DNA from: a virus
Lineage: Duplodnaviria > Caudoviricetes
Virus record (IMG/VR): IMGVR_UViG_3300034109_000966
Location: 1 to 57,952 of that record
DNA: 57,952 nt
Reading direction: 5' to 3' (one strand)
Of this stretch, positions 51,684 to 57,952 are shown piece by piece. The first letter of the stretch is position 1, and the number at the start of each line of letters is the position of its first letter. Made by a program: the position numbers and the translations under genes. A model generated the notes under the pieces. The model was not told where the DNA came from. It ran no database searches and was given only the letters and a program-made list of their open reading frames with translations.

Positions 51684-52556
51684 ATGGCAAAGAAGCCGTT
51701 GATGACGACGAAAGAATTCGACGCGATGAGCGAGAAACCGAAGACACCCAAGCCCACGGCGAAGTCCGCTCCGTCGACGAAACCGTCGTGGAAAGGGCTG
51801 CTGTCGCTCGGTCTCGTGACCGTGCCTGTGCACCTGTACTCGACGTCGGAGACACGCTCGAAGGCGCCGACCGGTCACAACGTCCATCGCACCTGCCAGA
51901 CCCAGACGAAGCAGAAGAAGTGGTGCGAAAAGTGCAGTAAGGAAGTCCCGGACACGGAACTCATGAAGGGCTACGACTCGCCGACGACCGCCGGCAAGTT
52001 TGTCGAACTGACGGACGACGAACTCGACTCGCTGAAGACCGAATCGTCGAAGGTGATCCAGCTGACGAGTACGGCGCATGCGTCAGAACTCGAGCCGCTG
52101 ATGATCGCCGACACGTGGTTCCTCGTCGGCGACGGCTCCCCGGCCGCCTCGGACGCCGAAGCGGTGCTGGTCGAGGCGCTGCGCGGACGCGTTGCTGTCG
52201 GGACGATGGTTCGCAGCGGCAAGTCGCTGAACGTCGCCGTGATGGTCTACGGAAACGTGATGCTGCTCCACGTGCTGCGGACGGCAGACCAGATGCGGTC
52301 GTTCCCGGCTAGGACGGCGCTGCCTGATCCGAACGAAACGATGGTCGAGCTCGCCAAGCAGCTGGTGGACTCGATGCTCGAGCCGCTCGATCTGTCGGAC
52401 ACGACGGACGAATACGCGGACTCGCTGCGGGAGATGATCCTGCTGAAGGCCGACAAGCCGGATGTGCAGGTAGCGGCGGTGAAGAAGATCGAAGCGCCGA
52501 CGTTCTCGATGCTGGACGCGCTGAAGGCCAGCGTCGCCGCCAAGGCGAAGAAGTAG
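51684..52556 (+). CDS. ku: Ku DNA end-binding protein
   Basis: WKG.LSLGLV.VPV.LY, C..C..EV...L.KGY, V.LTDDEL, LA.QLV, D.Y...LRE.I, DALKASV. Confidence 0.9.
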   Translation: MAKKPLMTTKEFDAMSEKPKTPKPTAKSAPSTKPSWKGLLSLGLVTVPVHLYSTSETRSKAPTGHNVHRTCQTQTKQKKWCEKCSKEVPDTELMKGYDSPTTAGKFVELTDDELDSLKTESSKVIQLTSTAHASELEPLMIADTWFLVGDGSPAASDAEAVLVEALRGRVAVGTMVRSGKSLNVAVMVYGNVMLLHVLRTADQMRSFPARTALPDPNETMVELAKQLVDSMLEPLDLSDTTDEYADSLREMILLKADKPDVQVAAVKKIEAPTFSMLDALKASVAAKAKK

Positions 52557-52565
52557 GAGGTAGAC

Positions 52566-53069
52566 GTGGGCGTTCACGATGATGCCGTCGACGAGCTTCG
52601 AACGTACGTCGAATTCGTCGCGTCGCTGCGCCGGAGAGACAAGAGAGACGGCTACGCCTATGCCGGTGTCGAAGACTTCGTCTCGTCGCACGGCCGGGTT
52701 TGGGCGGTGAGCCCAGTCCAGAAGTGGCCGAAAATTCCCGTGCACTTCAAGGGATGTTTCGAGAACGCGCTGCGCCTCGCGAAGCGCTACCCGGCGCGGT
52801 ACCGGTACGTCGAAGGGATTGCGTCAGGGCGGGTCATCCCGGTGCATCACGCCTGGTGCGTTGATCAGGATGACCTTGTCATCGATCCCACGTGGTCGAA
52901 GTACTCCACAGTTGGTGGCGCGTACTTCGGTGTAGAAATCCCGACCGACGTCGCCTCGAAGATCGCCAACGCGCGATGCACGTCGGTCGTCTTGAACTGG
53001 CCGGACGTCCCGCTGCTGAAGAAGCCGTGGGTCGCAGGCGCCAGCGGAGAAGTTCATGACGTCCAGTGA
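52566..53069 (+). CDS. Papain/transglutaminase-like fold protein
   Basis: GCFENA...YVEG.A...HHAWCVD...IDPTW (Cys-His-Asp). Confidence 0.55.
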   Translation: MGVHDDAVDELRTYVEFVASLRRRDKRDGYAYAGVEDFVSSHGRVWAVSPVQKWPKIPVHFKGCFENALRLAKRYPARYRYVEGIASGRVIPVHHAWCVDQDDLVIDPTWSKYSTVGGAYFGVEIPTDVASKIANARCTSVVLNWPDVPLLKKPWVAGASGEVHDVQ

Positions 53070-53514
53070 CTGCAAACCCACCGACGAAGTCTTCACGCAC
53101 ATTGATGAACTGACCGGCGTCCAAGCGACGTACAACGCGACGCAGCTTCGAGCGTTCCTCGAACAGTCGAACCACGAGATCGTGCTCGTCCCGGTCGACG
53201 AAGCGCACGCGACGTACTGCATGGAGAATCGCGGCATCGAACCCGCGCGGCTTCTCAGCCTGATGCAGTCGAAGGACGCGTTCACCAAGCCGCTGATCCT
53301 AGCGTCGATGCCGGACGGATCGAGCTTGCTTGTCGACGGCACGCATCGGTTCGTGCTCGCGCATACCGTCGGCCTCGAGTGGATGCGTGCGTATCTCGTT
53401 GCGAACGACGTTGCGGCGCCGTTCCTGATCACAGATGCACCGGAGATGACAGAAGCGCAGTTGCGGGAGCCGTCGGGCCTCGACGCACTGCGGAAAGTGC
53501 TCGGGCACCAATAG
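53056..53514 (+). CDS. ParB/Srx-like domain protein
   Basis: P.I.......LVDGTHR. Confidence 0.6.
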   Translation: MTSSDCKPTDEVFTHIDELTGVQATYNATQLRAFLEQSNHEIVLVPVDEAHATYCMENRGIEPARLLSLMQSKDAFTKPLILASMPDGSSLLVDGTHRFVLAHTVGLEWMRAYLVANDVAAPFLITDAPEMTEAQLREPSGLDALRKVLGHQ

Positions 53515-53540
53515 ACGGAAACGTCCGCTCCCACTATACT
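53512..53540 (+). promoter_or_regulatory. Promoter with palindromic operator candidate
   Basis: TAGACG-17-TATACT; contains TAGACGGAAACGTCCG. Confidence 0.8.
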
Positions 53541-53563
53541 AACGGCCTCACCAAGGAGGGTCT

Positions 53564-54451
53564 ATGACCGAGCGCGGTGGCTCGATAGGCTGGTTCACGC
53601 CAGCCCCGATGACGGCGTACGCGAAGCCGAAAGAACTCGCGATCGACGACTACAAGAACGCCGGCGGATGGGTTGCAGAACCCAAGATTGACGGACATCG
53701 CATCACCGTGCGTGTCCGTGACGGCGAAGCGATGGCGTGGACGCGGCCTGGGCCCGGTCGTCCGTACGGGTTGCAGCGCGATCTCGGAGAGTATCCGGGT
53801 CTGCTGCCGGCCGTGTGCGCGTTGCCGAACGGCGTCTACGACGGAGAACTCGCAGAACTCAAGAACGTGCTCCCGTGGAAGTCGTTGCCCGAGGGCTGGG
53901 AGCAGAAAGCGTTCTTCGCGTTCGACCTGCTGGAGACACTCGAAACTCCAGTCATGGAGATGCGGTACACAGAGCGTCGCGCGATGCTCGAAGTCGCGTG
54001 TGGCGCAGACACCGGCCCGCTCGTGCAGTTCGTGCCGACCATCGAAGCAAGCGACGAACAGTACGAGAAGATTCTCGAGCTCGGCGGTGAAGGCGTAATG
54101 CTCAAGACGGAGCGGTCGATCTATCGGCCAGGCGCGCGCACGCGTGAATGGCTGAAAGTGAAAGACACACAGTTCGCGAAGACGAAGATCGTCGGATTCA
54201 AAGCGGCGATTCGCGGCCCGTACGCGACGCTGAAACTGAGGGACGTCGACGGCGTTGAACTGACCGTCAGCACGCCGAACAACGTGATCCGAATGGCCGA
54301 GCGAGACGCGGACGCGCTGCTCGGAGAAACCGTCATCATCAAGTACCAGATGCGGACTGGCACTGCGAACAACAGCTACCGCCACCCGAGATTCGATACG
54401 GCCCAGACGTTCGCGCTGTGGACGCGGAGAGGAATGAAAGTGCTGCCATGA
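53564..54451 (+). CDS. ATP-dependent DNA ligase
   Basis: EPKIDGHR (KxDG), DGEL, FAFDLL, EGVMLK, Y.PG.R...WLKVK, RHPRF. Confidence 0.9.
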   Translation: MTERGGSIGWFTPAPMTAYAKPKELAIDDYKNAGGWVAEPKIDGHRITVRVRDGEAMAWTRPGPGRPYGLQRDLGEYPGLLPAVCALPNGVYDGELAELKNVLPWKSLPEGWEQKAFFAFDLLETLETPVMEMRYTERRAMLEVACGADTGPLVQFVPTIEASDEQYEKILELGGEGVMLKTERSIYRPGARTREWLKVKDTQFAKTKIVGFKAAIRGPYATLKLRDVDGVELTVSTPNNVIRMAERDADALLGETVIIKYQMRTGTANNSYRHPRFDTAQTFALWTRRGMKVLP

Positions 54452-54645
54452 ATGACGCAAGAGCCATGAGTAAGTTCTGCGCTGGCGTCTGCGGAACGTG
54501 CCCAGCGTGTCTAGCCGCAGCGAAAGACGTTGAAGCGCTCGACCGAGTGCTTGCGACTCTGTCCGACGAAGATGTCGCGAGCCTGCTCCGGAAAGACGAA
54601 GACGACCCACGTTCGTACGCGCTCGATGCGAAAGGGAGACCATGA
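54448..54645 (+). CDS. Small cysteine-rich protein
   Basis: CAGVCGTCPAC; ATGA overlap. Confidence 0.45.
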   Translation: MNDARAMSKFCAGVCGTCPACLAAAKDVEALDRVLATLSDEDVASLLRKDEDDPRSYALDAKGRP

Positions 54646-54998
54646 AAATCTATCTCGCCGTCTGGACAGGAGACGCCGGCCAGGACGTTGACGTGTTCGA
54701 AGACGAAGCAGAATGGCGCGCAAGCCTGCTCGCGCGCATTCAGAAAAATTCGAATCAGACGTTCGCTTCGCTTAAACAGGCGCTGGACTGGTACGAAGAC
54801 GAAGGCGAACGAGAGATGGACATGCTCGACGTGCATCGTCTCGACATTGAATCAAGCGCAGAGCGGGTGATCGAGGGCATCAGGTCGGTGCTCGACGGCA
54901 AGGAGTGGGGTGCGGAATCACTCGACGCGATTGCCGAGATTCTGCGCGTCCACTTCCGCGACTTTCCGAACGCTATTCGAGACGTGGAGTCGTCATGA
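54642..54998 (+). CDS. Hypothetical protein
   Basis: GGGAG RBS; LDGKEW..E.LD.IAE. Confidence 0.6.
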   Translation: MKIYLAVWTGDAGQDVDVFEDEAEWRASLLARIQKNSNQTFASLKQALDWYEDEGEREMDMLDVHRLDIESSAERVIEGIRSVLDGKEWGAESLDAIAEILRVHFRDFPNAIRDVESS

Positions 54999-56515
54999 GC
55001 CGAATGTTGGAGCAATTCCGCGCCGCGCGCCGTGCGTCGACGCCGCTTGTCGCCGTCGAGACTCCTGACCCCGCTGAAACGGTGGACCACTTGATGGCGT
55101 TCGTGCGGGAGAAAGAACCGGAGTCTCAGTTCTACCGGTGGGACCGCGTCCGCGGCCTCGTCGGTCTCGACAAGAAGGCGCAGGGCACGCTCGGCGCGCT
55201 GAACTCGAATCCGAAGCAGACCGCGAACCCGGTTGAAGCGCTGACCACGTGCTGGAATCTGCCTGGTTCGCCCGTGTGCTCAGGATCGATTGTGTTCATG
55301 CTGAACGCGCAGCGTGTCATCGACGAAGCGTCGGTCATGCAGTCGATCTGGAACCTTCGAGACGAATTCAAGCGCAACAAGCGCACGCTGGTGCTGTTGG
55401 CGCCGTCGCTCAAGCTGCCGACAGAAATCGCGAACGACGTCGTTGTGCTCGACGAACCGTACCCGGATCGCGAGAAGCTCGCAGACATCGTCGCGAAGCA
55501 GTACAAGAACGCGAAGCTCGTCGAGCCAGACGGCAAGCAGATGGCGAAAGTGCTGGACGCGATCATCGGTCTGCCGGCGTACGCCGCTGAAACGGTCGTG
55601 GCGATGTCTCTGACGCGTGCTGCGAACGGCGTGGACCTCGACTTGGCCTGGAACCGCAAGGTGAAGGCGATCTCCCAAACGCAAGGCTTGAGCGTCTGGC
55701 GCGGCACCGACCGTCTGGAAGATGTGAAGGGTGTCGACCAAGCGGTCAAGTTCTTCCGGTTGATGGACGCGACGGACGCCTACAGCACGATCGTCTTTAT
55801 CGACGAGATGGAGAAGGCGCTCGCCGGCGGGATGTCGAACTATTCCGGCGACTCCGGCGTCTCGAAAGACCAAGTCGGCTACCTGCTGTCCTATATGGAA
55901 GACATGAAGGCGCAGGGAGCGATGCTCGCCGGAGTCGCCGGCACCGGGAAGACGCAGCTGGTGAAGGGACTCGCTGGGAGCACCGGCAAGCCGCTGATCA
56001 AGCTGGACCTGGGCGAGATGAAGGGCGGCAAGATCGGGTCTAGCGAGCAGGCGATTCGCGCGGCCGGGAAGACCATCACGGCGACGTCCGAAGGACGTGT
56101 GCTGTTCATCGCCACCGCCAACCAGACGGCGTCGTTCACGCCAGAAATCAACCGCCGCTTCGGCGACCAGTTCTTCTTCGACTCGCCGGACGAAGTCGGT
56201 CGCCGGTCGTTGTGGTCGCTGTACGTCCGCACCTACGGGTTGCCGCCGTCGGCGATGGACCTGCACGTCGGCCAGGATGAAGGCTGGACCGGCCACGAGA
56301 TCATGCGGATCTGCAAGCGCGCGTCGGAATTCAAGATTTCGCTCCGTCAAGCCTCAGAGTTCATCGTCCCGCTGTGCGTTCGGTCGAAAGACGTGTTGAA
56401 AGCTCAGCGCATGGAAGCCGCCGGGAAGTTCCTGTCCGCGTCGTACCCGGGCCCGTACCAGATGCCACCGGAACGGGAGCCTGTCATCGGAGATCGTCTC
56501 ATCGAGTTGGAGTAG
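54995..56515 (+). CDS. Ycf46-like AAA ATPase with Walker B preceding Walker A
   Basis: N-domain (F.WD...GL, LP.E....V) Ycf46-like; IVFIDEMEK at 55790 precedes GVAGTGKT at 55931; then FIATAN and RRF. Confidence 0.85.
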   Translation: MSRMLEQFRAARRASTPLVAVETPDPAETVDHLMAFVREKEPESQFYRWDRVRGLVGLDKKAQGTLGALNSNPKQTANPVEALTTCWNLPGSPVCSGSIVFMLNAQRVIDEASVMQSIWNLRDEFKRNKRTLVLLAPSLKLPTEIANDVVVLDEPYPDREKLADIVAKQYKNAKLVEPDGKQMAKVLDAIIGLPAYAAETVVAMSLTRAANGVDLDLAWNRKVKAISQTQGLSVWRGTDRLEDVKGVDQAVKFFRLMDATDAYSTIVFIDEMEKALAGGMSNYSGDSGVSKDQVGYLLSYMEDMKAQGAMLAGVAGTGKTQLVKGLAGSTGKPLIKLDLGEMKGGKIGSSEQAIRAAGKTITATSEGRVLFIATANQTASFTPEINRRFGDQFFFDSPDEVGRRSLWSLYVRTYGLPPSAMDLHVGQDEGWTGHEIMRICKRASEFKISLRQASEFIVPLCVRSKDVLKAQRMEAAGKFLSASYPGPYQMPPEREPVIGDRLIELE

Positions 56516-56519
56516 TCGT

Positions 56520-56966
56520 ATGGCAATGACCGAGCAAGAGAAGCTCTTCAAGTACGGTCCAGTCGTCGCGATCGTGCAGTCTGGGTCGCAACCGGACAAG
56601 AAGTACGAAGTCCGGCACCACAGCGGTACGAACACGTACAGCTGTCAGTGCAAGGGATGGGCGATTCGGAAAGTCTGCACGCACACGCGGGTCACGTCTG
56701 GCGATACGACGATCAAGATCAAGGCACCGACGGTCGGCGTTGTCCGTCCGGCGCCGGTGCCGCAGCGGCCTGACCTGCACGTCGTCTCGGTCAATCTCGC
56801 GGAATCGATCGTCGGCAAGATGTCGGTCAAGCCGGCAGCGCAGGCGATCGAGCGCACGCTTCGTGACATGATTGCCGCGTTCAGCGTGTCTGTGCCGACC
56901 GTCGTCGAAGCCGCCATCGAGACGACCGTCGACCGCGGCGTTCGTATCATCACGCTGGACGACTAG
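56520..56966 (+). CDS. SWIM zinc-finger protein
   Basis: S.S.PDK.Y.V...YSCQCKGW....CTH. Confidence 0.75.
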   Translation: MAMTEQEKLFKYGPVVAIVQSGSQPDKKYEVRHHSGTNTYSCQCKGWAIRKVCTHTRVTSGDTTIKIKAPTVGVVRPAPVPQRPDLHVVSVNLAESIVGKMSVKPAAQAIERTLRDMIAAFSVSVPTVVEAAIETTVDRGVRIITLDD

Positions 56967-56968
56967 CG

Positions 56969-57433
56969 ATGGCGTTCCTCACCACAGATACCGAGCTTCT
57001 GCTCGTGCTGGATGTCTCGAGCACATGGGAAGACTCAGATACCGCTGACGTGTGCGTCATCAGCCTGACGCCGGAAGCGCTTCAGCTGTTCCGCGACTTG
57101 CACCAGAAGTTCCTCGACGTGTCGTCGTCGATAGAAGACGTCGAGAGCATCACGTGGTGGTACTGGGGCGCGGAATGGTTCGTGTCAGACTACGAAGCTG
57201 CCGTGCTCGATGCTTACGGGATCTTCCCGCCAGCGAATCTCGACGATCCGGCGCGCGTCGTGGGAACGACCGTGTCGGCGTCGAAAGCTGGACTTCGCTT
57301 CGAAGGGTATGGCAAGCATACCGACGAAGTGCTCACTGCGTGGTTGTACAACAGAGACTTGGTCGAGATCGACCAGAAACTGAGAGAAAGACATGCTGAA
57401 CAAGGTGATGGTGATCGGGCATCTGGGGCGTGA
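56969..57433 (+). CDS. Hypothetical protein
   Basis: Packed ORF. Confidence 0.6.
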   Translation: MAFLTTDTELLLVLDVSSTWEDSDTADVCVISLTPEALQLFRDLHQKFLDVSSSIEDVESITWWYWGAEWFVSDYEAAVLDAYGIFPPANLDDPARVVGTTVSASKAGLRFEGYGKHTDEVLTAWLYNRDLVEIDQKLRERHAEQGDGDRASGA

Positions 57434-57797
57434 CGCGGAACTGAAGTTCACGACGAACGGCGATGCCGTGTGCAATTTCTCGGTTGCGACGACGGAGAAG
57501 TGGAACGACAGGAACGGCGAGAAGCAGGAGAAGACCGAGTGGCACCGGATCGTGCTGTGGGGCAAGGTCGCTGAATCGCTCAGCGAATACCTCGTGAAGG
57601 GGAAGATGGTGTACGTCGAGGGCAAGCTCGAGACGCGCCAGTGGGAGAAGGACGGCCAGAAGCACTACACGACGGAGATCAAGGCGTACCAGATTCGCCT
57701 GCTCGGCGGATCGGGCTCCAGGTCTGAATCCTCGTCGGGGTCTGCGGGCACGGCGCCCAGGTCGGCGGAACCGTCTGACGACGACATCCCTTTTTAG
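57393..57797 (+). CDS. ssb: Single-stranded DNA-binding protein
   Basis: NKVMVIGHLGRD, TEWHRIV.WG, VYVEGKL.TR.W, C-terminal DDDIPF. Confidence 0.97.
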   Translation: MLNKVMVIGHLGRDAELKFTTNGDAVCNFSVATTEKWNDRNGEKQEKTEWHRIVLWGKVAESLSEYLVKGKMVYVEGKLETRQWEKDGQKHYTTEIKAYQIRLLGGSGSRSESSSGSAGTAPRSAEPSDDDIPF

Positions 57798-57867
57798 AGA
57801 AATTCTCGAAGTTAGATGGTTGTGCGACGTCCAGCACAAGAAAGTGCATGCGAAGGGAAGTTAGGCT

Positions 57868-57952
57868 ATGGCGAACTACAACACGATCATTGTTCCTGAG
57901 TCAGCGCTGACTGTCAGCGCTGACGTCGCGGAACGTCTCGAAGCGCTGCTCC
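57868..57952 (+). CDS. 5' fragment of a hypothetical gene running off the window
   Basis: AGGGAAG then ATG; MANYNTIIVPESAL... open to the end. Confidence 0.4.
   Translation, partial: MANYNTIIVPESALTVSADVAERLEALL

Noticed and set aside
49919-56515. MoxR-vWA chaperone pair
   Set aside because: The ATPase is Ycf46-like rather than MoxR-like and lies about 4.5 kb from the vWA gene; linkage not supported

Overview
High-GC fragment of a tailed, siphovirus-like phage or prophage genome. All credible genes are on the + strand. The order is: structural/decoration genes; an effector cluster ending in a MuF-type minor head protein; Mu-I-like protease/scaffold, capsid, neck, tail, tape measure and fibre genes; lysis genes; an HTH regulator; recombination and replication genes (SbcCD, initiator, DnaC-like loader); then a long early region of small genes, Ku, an ATP-dependent ligase, an AAA ATPase and ssb. 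I recognised no terminase, portal or integrase, so the window is probably not the whole genome. The main observation is the peptide L-GDRSKYP(G/D)GxYP(N/G/S)E, often preceded by (L)SYR(E/D)(R/K)L. It occurs seven times, plus one half copy, in four separate head/tail-region proteins, each time at the N-terminal edge of a different cargo domain: a zincin, a nucleotidyltransferase, topoisomerase IB (half copy), two ADP-ribosyltransferases, a kinase, the MuF region and an unknown domain. Its codons vary synonymously, so it looks like a protein-level capsid-loading and/or maturation tag for a virion-delivered enzyme arsenal (inference). Other points: a family of about 14 repeated promoters, many driving leaderless genes; a palindromic operator candidate; a TTT-CGT +1 frameshift candidate in the tail chaperone; an AAA ATPase with Walker B before Walker A; a tail fibre with a signal peptide; and two structured non-coding regions. 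All calls come from reading motifs by eye; no searches were run.
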